From assembly GCA_951406725.2 (NCBI GenBank), contig OX597835.1, forward strand, positions 25,234,001-25,298,000: a DNA stretch of 64,000 bases. The letters run 5' to 3'. Below the pieces are notes generated by a model that saw only the letters and a program-made list of their open reading frames with translations, was not told the origin of the DNA and did not search any database. Shown in pieces: positions 57,001 through 64,000 of this stretch. Both the position numbers and the translations under genes were made by a program. Source of the DNA: Octopus vulgaris (taxonomy: Eukaryota). The stretch's first letter is position 1. Every line of letters starts with the position of its first letter.

Positions 57001-59420
57001 GCTACAGCGTCTTATCAACCATTGTGTACTTTATCCATTACATATTTTCATCTAGATAGTTTGATTTTGTGTCTTGAGAAAATCTCTTATTTGCAATTTT
57101 ATGATATGACTGTTATTAGACAAAGCATAACTTATAACAACTGAAAGAAAAACAATAAAATAATGCTATCTTTGAACATTAACCCTTTAGTGTTTAAACC
57201 GGGCATATCTGGCTAAAATATTTTACCTATTTTATGTTCATAGTCATTCATAGCTATTTTATTGTGTCATTTTAAAAATAAAGAATCACATCATTGAAAT
57301 CTCAAAGCCATGAAATGATACAAGATTAATTTTACATGGTGTGAATACATAAGCTTTACATTTTACAGAATAATCTGAATGGTAAAGGGTTAAGAAGAAA
57401 CAATATGACAAACTCTTCATAGAAATCAGAAGAAGAGGGAAAAAACGTTTCTTACATATATTATTACAATCTTACCTGGACCAGTGACTGTAATACATAA
57501 TGAACTAATTTTGGTCTAGTACCCAAAAAATTTAGTACATAATTTCCTGAGGAAGAAAAAGAAAGAAAGACAAATTAAAAACTGATGCCCCAGCATGGCT
57601 GCAGTCAAATGACTGAAACAAGTAAAAGATAAAAAAAGATACATACAAATATTGGTGTCAAATTTTGGCACAAGGCCAGCAATTTTCAAGGAAGAGGGGG
57701 ATTGAGTTGATTACATCAACCCCCTAGTGCTCAACCTCCCCACCCCCACCCCCAAAAGGATGAATGGCAAAGTTGACCGTGGCAGAATTTGGACTTAGAA
57801 CATAAAGACAGATGAAACACCACTAAGCATTTTGTCCAGTGCAGTAACTACTCTGCCAATATTACAATACAAATCATAGTAATTATCTTCTTGTATCTTG
57901 GGACGGTCATTATGCCAATGATAAGCACATGCACAGGTTTTATTATACTTCTGTATTTTTATTTTACAATTTGCTAGTAGCATGATCATTGAATGTTGGG
58001 CTTCACAGAGGCAATGACAAGTGACCGAGACCTTTGGTCACATGCTGTGCTTCAGAAGGCTTGCCAAGCCAAGTGACTTCATAGTCATGGCCGTTGCTGG
58101 TGTCATTTAAATGGCACCCGTGCTGGTAGCACATAAAAAGCACCCATTACACTCTCGGGGTGGTTGGTGTTAGGAAGGGCAGCCAACTTTAGAAACCGTG
58201 CCACAACAGACTGGAACCTGGTGTAGCTCTCCAGCTTACCAGTTTTCAGTCAAACTGTCTAACCCATGCCAGCATGGAAAGCAGATGTATGATGATGATT
58301 AACCATTTAATTAATCAATCAATCAGCTAAATTTGTCAGTCCTTTTGGGTGACTGATGGTACGAATTATCAAACAATTCATTAGCTAAATGGTTAACAAA
58401 CTGACAAAAATAGAACCAGTGAGTGGGTTTATTATTGGCATAATGACCCTCCCAAGACAACAAAATATCACTTGTTATGGTTACCTCTACAGATATTCTG
58501 TAATAAGCGATATAATAGCACTGCTAACACAGCAGAACATAGTACTGACTTATAAAACCATTTAATATACTTTAGAACAGTAGTTCTCAACTGGGGTCCA
58601 TATAAGATTTTGGTGGGTTCACACAACAAAATAGTAAATTAGGGATCCACAATAGTAGTTTAAGGGTCCCTGAAAAATTTTGCTTCAGATGTATGTATTA
58701 GAAGAAACAGCTAGGTTTCTTTCTTTAACATTTTAAATAGTTCAAACTACACAAGTTAATGTGTGGAAAACAAAATAGGGGTTTTTAATAAAACTAGCTT
58801 TTAAACATTGAGTGGCTGGGGGGGGGGGCACTAGAATAAAATAATAATCAAAGGGGTCTATAGATAAAAAATGGTTGAGAACCCTTGTTTTAGAGTATAT
58901 TATGGTTGCATAACGGAATACCACATCCCTACAAGTCATTAATATTTATGTAACAACAAAACATGTTTCAACACACAGATTCATATCAAGAATCTTGTAA
59001 GTCAAGTAAAGAAACGAAATATTCATAACGATTTGTTAAATGAGATTAAGACACCAGACAAAAGTGAAAAGTCCAAAACAGCAATCAGGGACAAATGGAA
59101 GAACTTGGTATTATACATGACAGAGAGAAAGAAGGAGAAAGAGAGGGTAAGGGAAAGAAAAGAGAGAGAAAGAGAAGGGGGGATGTGTAACAAGATCAAG
59201 TAATCATCCACACCACCAAAAACAAACCAACTGACATTCACAACAGTTATAGATTTTGTTGCACAGAATATGGAAATAAGAATAAAAAGAGCATTAATAA
59301 AAGAATCTGTGCAGTCAGCTACTCACGTATGTCTATTCTTTGTTCCAATGGTAATGTCAAATTTGGACGACTGACCAATTTTGTAAGAGTTGAAGCTGCC
59401 AGGAGTTGTGCATAGGGAGA
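4965..59420 (-). CDS. XPO7: Exportin-7 (RanBP16) gene, 27 coding exons visible; 5' exons and final exon apparently outside the window
   Basis: Exons splice in phase to 3029 nt without stops. Motifs recalled from XPO7 include [75 protein letters not shown] and [21 protein letters not shown]. Confidence 0.97.
5851..6247 (+). mobile_element. tRNA-derived SINE (internally duplicated) with 24-bp TSD
   Basis: TGGCAGAA A-box and GAGTTCAAATTC B-box; TSD CAGAAAGTGTTTATGCCAATTATG at 5827-5850 and 6248-6271; many related copies, e.g. 20106-20333, 36417-36640, 37180-37380. Confidence 0.85.
6797..7295 (+). mobile_element. 3' fragment of an RLE-type non-LTR retrotransposon (HERO/NeSL-like)
   Basis: RPDIV...LLELTVPWE...ERKLSKY...PVEVGCRGF, a PD-(D/E)xK restriction-like endonuclease signature; GC-rich against its flanks; frameshifted end. 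Confidence 0.8.
8266..8364 (-). CDS. XPO7: XPO7 exon (99 nt) [33 protein letters not shown]
   Basis: CAG/GTAAGT. Confidence 0.96.
8533..8693 (-). CDS. XPO7: XPO7 exon (161 nt) [54 protein letters not shown]
   Basis: TAG/GTGAGA, phase 1 to 0. Confidence 0.95.
10407..10545 (-). CDS. XPO7: XPO7 exon (139 nt) [46 protein letters not shown]
   Basis: TAG/GTAGGT, phase 0 to 1. Confidence 0.95.
11596..11755 (-). CDS. XPO7: XPO7 exon (160 nt) [53 protein letters not shown]
   Basis: AC acceptor after TCCTTAAC branch site; GTAAGT donor. Confidence 0.95.
11756..12996 (-). other. U12-type AT-AC intron
   Basis: 5' site ATATCCTTT (12996-12988); branch TCCTTAAC (11777-11770); ends CCCAC; the join restores YPMK-LKG. 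Confidence 0.95.
12997..13051 (-). CDS. XPO7: XPO7 exon (55 nt) [18 protein letters not shown](K)
   Basis: CAG acceptor; AT-AC U12 donor ATATCCTTT. Confidence 0.92.
13557..13652 (-). ncRNA. Type I hammerhead ribozyme motif
   Basis: TCAC-CTGATGA-GACAC...GTGTT-GAAA-TGATCA-TT-GTGA; inner CTAGCTG/CAGCTAG; followed by AATAAA. Confidence 0.72.
14239..14321 (-). CDS. XPO7: XPO7 exon (83 nt) [27 protein letters not shown]
   Basis: CAG/GTGAGT, phase 2 to 1. Confidence 0.95.
14707..15006 (+). mobile_element. 5'-truncated RTE-like LINE 3' end with (GAA)n tail
   Basis: [12 protein letters not shown]-type RT C-terminus, stop, (GAA)n tail; TSD GTAAAAGGGT at 14697-14706 and 15007-15016. Confidence 0.7.
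18188..18670 (-). mobile_element. Repeat with (ATG)n tail, probably the 3' end of an RTE LINE or its partner SINE (very abundant)
   Basis: CTACAGCTGGATGCCCTTCCTAACGCCAACCAC and CCATGCTAGCATGGAAA motifs; copies e.g. 5160-5520, 8812-9075, 21512-22005, 35782-36070, 61310-61750. Confidence 0.8.
18999..19106 (-). CDS. XPO7: XPO7 exon (108 nt) [35 protein letters not shown]
   Basis: CAG after U12 branch site; GTAAAT donor; phase 2 to 2. Confidence 0.95.
19107..22119 (-). other. U12-type (minor spliceosome) GT-AG intron
   Basis: 5' site GTATCCTTT (22119-22111); branch TCCTTAAT (19123-19116) close to CAG; no polypyrimidine tract. Confidence 0.92.
22120..22208 (-). CDS. XPO7: XPO7 exon (89 nt) [29 protein letters not shown]
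   Basis: CAG acceptor; U12-type donor GTATCCTTT. Confidence 0.94.
22484..22808 (+). mobile_element. tRNA-derived SINE, a third family
   Basis: GAGTTCGATTCC B-box; AGCAAGACACTTTATTTCACGTTGCTCCAG core; copies at about 15020-15350(-), 15935-16275, 27760-28025, 39800-40125(-). Confidence 0.8.
23825..23892 (-). CDS. XPO7: XPO7 exon (68 nt) [22 protein letters not shown]
   Basis: CAG/GTGAGA, phase 1 to 0; similar to AFEAVAQMFS...EQEAK. Confidence 0.88.
24385..24705 (+). mobile_element. CR1/L2-like LINE 3' end with (ATT)n tail
   Basis: Translates [27 protein letters not shown], typical of the CR1 RT C-terminus. Confidence 0.7.
24744..24900 (-). CDS. XPO7: XPO7 exon (157 nt) [52 protein letters not shown]
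   Basis: TAG/GTAAGT, phase 0 to 1. Confidence 0.96.
25561..25900. mobile_element. hAT-like MITE (other copies at 58578-58887 and 62969-63309)
   Basis: CAGTGGTTCACAAC...GTTGAGAACCACT TIRs; 8-bp TSD ATCTATAC/ATCTATAA. Confidence 0.75.
25965..26189 (-). mobile_element. Second copy of the PLE-like pLTR remnant with degenerate hammerhead (about 26006-26053)
   Basis: Near-identical to 46057-46261; 43-bp inverted arms 25965-26007 / 26147-26189. Confidence 0.6.
27458..27602 (-). CDS. XPO7: XPO7 exon (145 nt) [48 protein letters not shown]
   Basis: CAG/GTGAGT, phase 2 to 0. Confidence 0.95.
28595..28698 (+). ncRNA. Type I hammerhead ribozyme motif, intact core
   Basis: ATCAC-CTGAGGA-GATACA...TGTATC-GAAA-CATG-TA-GTGGT; inner stem II pairs GGGTCC/GGATCT and TATACAGG/CCTGTATA; followed by ATTAAA. 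Confidence 0.8.
29817..29890 (-). CDS. XPO7: XPO7 exon (74 nt) [24 protein letters not shown]
   Basis: TAG/GTAAGC, phase 0 to 2. Confidence 0.94.
31607..31742 (-). CDS. XPO7: XPO7 exon (136 nt) [45 protein letters not shown]
   Basis: CAG/GTCAGG, phase 2 to 0. Confidence 0.95.
31827..33179. repeat. Minisatellite, 40-41-bp unit TTACAATACAGCCACCCC(C)TGGAAAACAAATTGTCTAACTC, about 33-34 copies
   Basis: Head-to-tail near-identical units with no spacers. Confidence 0.97.
35200..35305 (-). CDS. XPO7: XPO7 exon (106 nt) [35 protein letters not shown]
   Basis: CAG/GTAAGT, phase 1 to 2. Confidence 0.96.
38327..38459 (-). CDS. XPO7: XPO7 exon (133 nt) [44 protein letters not shown]
   Basis: CAG/GTGAGT, phase 0 to 1. 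Confidence 0.95.
39085..39505 (+). mobile_element. RTE-like LINE 3' fragment related to 14707-15006
   Basis: Shared terminus GAAGCC..CTCAACCC.CCC.GGGTGAATG; (AAGT)n tail. Confidence 0.55.
39625..39682 (-). CDS. XPO7: XPO7 exon (58 nt) [19 protein letters not shown]
   Basis: CAG/GTGAGT, phase 2 to 0. Confidence 0.94.
40818..40990 (-). CDS. XPO7: XPO7 exon (173 nt) [57 protein letters not shown]
   Basis: CAG/GTAAG, phase 0 to 2. Confidence 0.96.
41228..41374 (-). CDS. XPO7: XPO7 exon (147 nt) [49 protein letters not shown]
   Basis: CAG/GTAAGT. Confidence 0.96.
42100..42219 (-). CDS. XPO7: XPO7 exon (120 nt) [40 protein letters not shown]
   Basis: CAG/GTAAGT. Confidence 0.96.
42480..43010 (-). 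mobile_element. Degenerate LINE RT C-terminal fragment
   Basis: GC-richer block translating to W..QIEQDLK...A.N...W-like motif. Confidence 0.45.
43141..43214 (-). CDS. XPO7: XPO7 exon (74 nt) [25 protein letters not shown]
   Basis: CAG/GTGAGT, phase 1 to 0. Confidence 0.94.
44599..44975 (+). mobile_element. tRNA-derived CORE-like SINE, full length (abundant family)
   Basis: GGCGTAGGAGTGGCTGTGTGG head, GGTTCAGTCCC B-box, CCTTGGGCAAGT core; copies at about 3995-4345, 16940-17310(-), 26690-27090(-), 43870-44265, 54009-54320. Confidence 0.85.
45022..45148 (-). CDS. XPO7: XPO7 exon (127 nt) [42 protein letters not shown]
   Basis: CAG/GTAGAT, phase 0 to 1. Confidence 0.96.
46057..46261 (-). mobile_element. 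Penelope-like (PLE) pLTR remnant with inverted arms and minimal hammerhead (46098-46143)
   Basis: 64-bp inverted arms 46057-46120 / 46198-46261; GACAC-CTGATGA-A-GGCTG...CAGCC-GAAA-CG-TT-GTGTT. Confidence 0.65.
48267..49377. repeat. Minisatellite, 32-bp unit AATTGGGACACAGCRAGAGTACCATGGYAGCT, about 35 copies
   Basis: Head-to-tail units with a few 28-30-bp deletion variants. Confidence 0.97.
49400..49549 (-). CDS. XPO7: XPO7 exon (150 nt) [50 protein letters not shown]
   Basis: TAG/GTAAG; TKHRKxASSFRD motif. Confidence 0.94.
50777..51053 (+). mobile_element. Internally deleted piggyBac-like element
   Basis: TTAA-CCCCTTACCCGG...CCGGGGAAGGGG-TTAA; acidic remnant (EDDNEYEP...[12 protein letters not shown]) resembling a transposase N-terminus. 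Confidence 0.65.
51410..51487 (-). CDS. XPO7: XPO7 exon (78 nt) [26 protein letters not shown]
   Basis: CAG/GTAAGT; similar to vertebrate IGVTILSQLTNEINQ. Confidence 0.9.
53243..53667. mobile_element. Tc1/mariner-like MITE carrying a nested piggyBac-like MITE (53431-53635)
   Basis: Outer TIRs CTGAAAAGTCCCTGGCTT / AAGCCAGGAGCTTTTCAG; inner CCCTTTAG...CTAAAGGG flanked by TTAA. Confidence 0.75.
55291..55424. mobile_element. Palindromic (hairpin) MITE
   Basis: AACCTTTAGCATG...TCTCCCCT / AGGGGAGA...CATGCTAAAGGTT arms; TTAA/TTGA flanks. Confidence 0.7.
55887..55982 (-). CDS. XPO7: XPO7 exon (96 nt) [32 protein letters not shown]
   Basis: CAG/GTATGT, phase 0 to 0. Confidence 0.95.
56113..56157 (-). 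ncRNA. Minimal type I hammerhead motif
   Basis: TTGTTA-CTGATGA-GGCC-CAAAGA-GGCA-GAAA-TGTGCA-TC-TAATAG; G-A mismatch at the base of stem II. Confidence 0.6.
56307..56624. repeat. Fold-back element with 25-bp perfect terminal inverted repeat
   Basis: ATCTGTATATCATACTTGATGCAGA (56307-56331) and its reverse complement at 56600-56624. Confidence 0.8.
56681..56786 (-). ncRNA. Degenerate type I hammerhead motif (CCGAGGA core)
   Basis: ATCAC-CCGAGGA-GAC...GTA-GAAA-CAATTG-TA-GTGAT, then AGTAAA. Confidence 0.6.
57183..57389. mobile_element. piggyBac-like MITE (other copies at 249-470, 11000-11209, 53431-53635)
   Basis: TTAA flanks, CCCTTTA TIRs, shared internal sequence. Confidence 0.75.
57476..57546 (-). 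CDS. XPO7: XPO7 exon (71 nt) [24 protein letters not shown]
   Basis: AG/GTAAG, phase 1 to 0. Confidence 0.93.
59327..59420 (-). CDS. XPO7: XPO7 exon (94 nt) [31 protein letters not shown]
   Basis: AG acceptor, GTGAGT donor, phase 0 to 1. Confidence 0.93.
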
Positions 59421-59512
59421 CTAAAAATAACAAAAAGAAAAAGAAAATTAAATTTAAAAAATTAAAGCAACAAAAAAAAAATTAATTATCAATCATCATA
59501 TGAGGCATTTAA

Positions 59513-60143
59513 TAACAGTGTCATAAGAGCCACTCCGGCCATTTTCGGGGTTAGAATATCATTTTGTCTTGATGTCTAGAATCCAAAAAAGTTGAGAAGA
59601 AGAACCAGTGAGCCTTGCAATAAGGTTGAAAATCCAACTGAAAAAAATTGTACCTCGACACTATTGACATGGCACCCAAGCTTGGACCAGAGAGTTTAGT
59701 AACACACCATTGTAAGCATATACGCTCAATCAATAACTTTGATGTGGTCCCTGTATTGTTTCTCAGGGTGTTATGGCTCATTTTCTAATATAAAGATATT
59801 TACCTTGGCATATTAAAACACAAACAATACCTTGGTGGGGAATGGGGGTCTCTGTATGTTTTTTTCTAGGTATTATGGCTAAAACATGCAATGTGACACA
59901 TCATTTCGTAGTACTGTTATATTCTACAAAATGAGAAAGACACAATCATTATTTCATCTTTCAGATGCATATATAAATGATTTTACATTGTTGGAATGAT
60001 TAGAGGAGGTCTTCACAGTCATTTTAAGACCAAAACCAGCTTCCTAACTTCATTCCTTGCCGAGATATTGCATTCTTAAAGTAGCAAAACTTTGACTACA
60101 TTTTTCTCGATTTTTAAGTTGTGGTGCTTATGACGGTCTGTTA
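59513..60143. mobile_element. Probable non-autonomous DNA transposon
   Basis: Imperfect terminal inverted repeats TAACAGTGTCATAAGAGCCAC / GTGGTGCTTATGACGGTCTGTTA. Confidence 0.45.
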
Positions 60144-60669
60144 CTAAAAGCCTCGTATTTATTATATAAAATTGCAAAGATTAAGAAATAATTAATTATA
60201 AAGGAAGGAAAAAATAAATTGACTGATTTATTACTGAAACTTATTTCCATCATCATTTTATAATTATTGAATTGAACTGAAAAATGATTGCAATGTTGTA
60301 ATAACCCAGGAGGACATGGAGCAGGGTGGTGGAGAGTATGATCTTCGGATGCTGAGTCTCATGGAGATGATGACAAGTGATTGAGACCTTTGGTGATTTG
60401 CTGTGCCTTGAGAAGACACATCAAGCCAAGTGGAACCATAGTCATGACCAGTGCCAGTGACACATAAAAGGCACCCATGTCAGTGACACATAAAAGGCAT
60501 CCGCTATACTCTGTGGAGTGGTTGGCATTAGGAAGGGCATTCAACTGTAGAAACCAAGCCAAAACAGACTGGAGCCTGGTGCAGCTCTCTGGCTTACCAG
60601 TCATATCATATAACCCATGCCTGCATGGCAAGTGGGTCTCAGCTATAAACCAGCATGTCTTGGAATATT

Positions 60670-61240
60670 TACACTTAAGAATAGCCTGGGCAAAGTTTAG
60701 AAAGCTTCTACCCCTACTGATGGCAAAGGGTCTCTTGCTTGGAGTTAAAGGTAGATTGTACGATGCATGTGTGCAAAATGCCATGCTTCACAGCTGTGAA
60801 ACATGGGCCGTGACTGCAGAGGACAAGTGTAGACTCAAAAGAAATGAAGCTAGCATGATCCACTGGATGTGTAATGTCAGTGTGCACACATGACAGAGTG
60901 TAAGCACCCTGAGAGAAATGTTAGACATAAGAAGCATCGGATGTGGCGTGCAAGAGAGACGTTTACGCTGGTATGGTCAAGTACTGTGGATAGATGAGGA
61001 GAGATGTGTGAAGAAGTGTCACTCCCAAACAGTGGAAGGAATCCAAGCAGGACCACTTCATCCACCTCCAACACCTCCAAGATTACTTCAGACCAGCTAC
61101 GTGATAGTTTGTGAGACCAGGAAGACATGGGATGAGGTGGTCAAGCATGACCATCGAATGTTGAGCCTCACAGAAGCAATGACGAAAGACCGAGACCTCT
61201 GGAGATATACTGTGACTGCGAAGACCCAGCAAATAAAGTG
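60670..61240 (+). mobile_element. Degenerate RTE-clade LINE reverse transcriptase C-terminal fragment (related pieces at about 7790-7980 and 28770-29280)
   Basis: IAWAKFRKLLPLL...GRLYDACV...LHSCETWA...ERRLRWYG motifs with frameshifts. Confidence 0.8.
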
Positions 61241-62569
61241 AGTTCACAGCTGTATCCTACACCAGTTTCATATAACCAGCCCCAACCCATTCAAAAAAAC
61301 CTTGGATCATAGGGTAACCTGCTGTGCTTGAGGAGACCTATTGAGTCAAGTACATCAACATCAAAATGAAAATCAAATGGAAATCGTAGTTGTGATACCG
61401 ATGCCAGCGCCACCTCGACTGGCTTCTGTGCCGGTGGCACATAAAAAGCACCAACCAATCAGTCGTTGCTAGCCTCCTCTGGCCTCTGTGCTGGTGGCAC
61501 ATAAAAAGCACCAACCAATCATGGTCGTTGCTAGCCTCCTCTGGCCCCTGTGCTGGTGGCACATAAAAAGCATCCACTACACTCATGGAGTGGTTGGCAT
61601 TAGGAAGGGCATCCAGCTGAAGAAACACTGCCAGATCAGATTGGAGCTTGGTGCTGCCTCCTGGCTTCCCAGACCCCGGTCGAACCATCCAACCCATGCT
61701 AGCATGGAAAACAGATGTTAAATGATGATGATGATAATGATGATGATGACATTCCCGAAATAAATTTTCAGAATTTACTAAATAAAAATGACATTTGAAA
61801 AAACTGTATTTCTTTTGCATTTCAGTGTATATCATAATAATGGTTAGTTGTAATTTATTTAGTGAATTAAATAGTTCTCCACTATGATCAATGCAATTTG
61901 TAATTAATCCGAAGTAAAATTAGGTGAAATAAAAATGATTCATTAATACCAATTAATTATTTTTATCTAAATAAAAGCTTCCTGGATATTCTGCAAGTGC
62001 AAGTTTATGTGTATGTGTAATCATCATATAAAAACAGAGAAACATAGTCGATTTTTTTAATAACTCATATGCTTGCATTCATTACAATAGTATAAGAATT
62101 ATAGTATTTTACTTGAGTAATAAGTCACACTTGTGTATAAGTCACATAACAAATTTAGTATTAAATCTTGGTACAAAATATTTTTTCTTTACAGTTTTAG
62201 CTTTGCCCTATGTAAAAGTCATGTCCCAGTTTTTTGAGGGGTTTTATTTACCAGTCAATTCAGGTATAAAATAGCACAACTTATACACAAGTAAACAAGT
62301 CACATAACCACAAAGGAAGTTTAAAGAAAACACACACACACACAATTGCTTTTCTAATGAGAATATCATATTATTCTGGTCAATGAAAAGTTGAGGTAGG
62401 GGGGAGCTATCAATTAACCTAAGTCATTGTGTCCAGTAAACAGCCAGAGAAGGACAGCACTGAAATGTGAGCAACCATGGTCAAATCAAGCTTAGTTTAA
62501 GTTCAATCAAAGTGAAATTAACTGGTGTGATTGACATTATACAAGTCACGTGACCAACATGATTACAAC

Positions 62570-63490
62570 CGACTGAGTGGATAAGACAATTTCACCAAGA
62601 AGCTTCAAAATTTAGGTCATTAGTCACAAACGAGGAGATTTTGAGAAGAGCAATTGGAAACAGCCAGGACATGGTTACCACTTGACAGCAAACATAAAAG
62701 GGGTGAGCCAAAGGTCACTCGGTAGCAGTTGGGTCACAACTGCTGCATGAGGCTGTACCAACATAGCAACAATTCAGCCTGGGTGGCCACATTGTCTGTC
62801 TAGCTGATCAATGGCATGCAAAAACAATCATGAATAGGCACTTGATGGCAGGCATAAAAAGGGGCAGGCCAAAGGTCACTTGGTAGCTGTTGGGTCACAA
62901 CTGCTGCAAGAGGCTGTACCAATTCAGAGCACCAATTCAGCGTAGGTGGCCACATTCTCTGTCTAGTTCAGGGGTTCTCAACCATTTTTATCTATGGACC
63001 CCTTTGATTACTATTTTTTTCCAGTGGACCCCCATAGCCATTCAATGTCTAAAAACTAGTTTTATAGAAACTTCTTTCGAAATTCCTGTTTTGTTTTTCA
63101 CACATTCCTTTGTACAAGTCAAACAATGTAAAACATTAGAGAAAGAAACCCAGCTGTTTCTTGCATTACATACCACATCTAAAGCAAATTTTTTCAGGGA
63201 CCCTTAAACTACTATTGTGGATCCCAAAATTTACTATTTTGCTGTGTGGGTCCCCCAAAATCTTATATGAACCCTCAGGGGCCATATGGACCCCAGCTGA
63301 GAATCATTGGTGTAATTGATCAATGGTACACAAAGACAACCATGAACAGGGTACCACTTGATTGCGGGCATAAAAGGGGTAGGCCAAAGATCTCTTGGTA
63401 GTAACTGGGTGAATAAGACAATTTCAGCCACAAGTATCAAAACTTGGATTTTTTGTCACAAGGAGATTCTTAGAAGAGCAAAGTCACAAT
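62570..63490. repeat. Degenerate ~160-bp tandem repeat interrupted by a hAT MITE
   Basis: CATAAAAGGGG...CCAAAG.TC.CT.GGTAG recurs three times; the second unit is split at 62969-63309. Confidence 0.6.
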
Positions 63491-64000
63491 CACTGCAAGA
63501 GACTGTAGCAGAGCACCGTTTCTGTTTGGTTAGCCACATGGTTGTCCTTGCATACAGGTTTGTCCCCCATATTCCTCTTCAGCTGAGTGATTCTAATCCT
63601 GCGGGCTTGTGGGTGTCGGTGTCATGTGAAAAGCACTCGTGCTACTGCCATGTAAATAGGGCCCATGCTGGTGCTGGGTAAAAGCACCCAATGCATTCTA
63701 TAAAGTGGTTAGCATTAGAAAGGGCGTCCACCGATAGAAGCCATGCCAAAACAGAATTGGACCCCAGGCAGCTCTTCAGCTGGCCAGCTCCTGTCAAACC
63801 ATCCAACCCATGCTAGCATGGAAAGCAGATATTAAAGGCTGTTTGATAAACTACGAAAGTTTCTTGGAAATGTGCATTTGTCAGCTGTGTATCAAGTTGA
63901 GCTGTCAGCTCTTGAGAGCAACATTGCCTGTTCTGGGGTGGGTTAAGGGGTAATGTGCAGGTTTGCTATGTTGAAAAGTGCTGATGACATGTAAAGTGGT

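Noticed and set aside
61338-61835. HHHH...[11 protein letters not shown]-type ORFs (many similar ones in the track)
   Set aside because: Recurrent translations of an abundant retroposon tail, not genes

Overview
AT-rich, repeat-dense animal DNA; the SINE, LINE and microsatellite content strongly suggests an octopus or other coleoid cephalopod (inference). The whole window lies inside one minus-strand gene, exportin-7 (XPO7/RanBP16). I reconstructed 27 coding exons from 59420 down to 4965. They splice in phase into 3029 nt (about 1009 codons) that closely match my recollection of vertebrate XPO7. The first exons (about 55 codons) and the canonical last exon (FTQNL...) were not found and probably lie outside the window. 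Two introns are minor-spliceosome (U12) type: GT-AG at 19107-22119 and AT-AC at 11756-12996. Introns hold tRNA-derived SINEs, RTE/CR1/RLE LINE fragments, piggyBac-, hAT- and Tc1-like MITEs and two minisatellites. Most notable is a set of six type I hammerhead ribozyme motifs, five on the pre-mRNA strand. Three of them share a long-stem-II architecture followed by an ANTAAA signal despite divergent sequence. Also seen: a candidate 27-nt in-frame microexon, two duplicated decoy 3' splice sites, a minisatellite of splice-site mimics and several long fold-backs. Most ORF-track entries are repeat-derived noise. All calls were made by eye; no database search or folding program was run.
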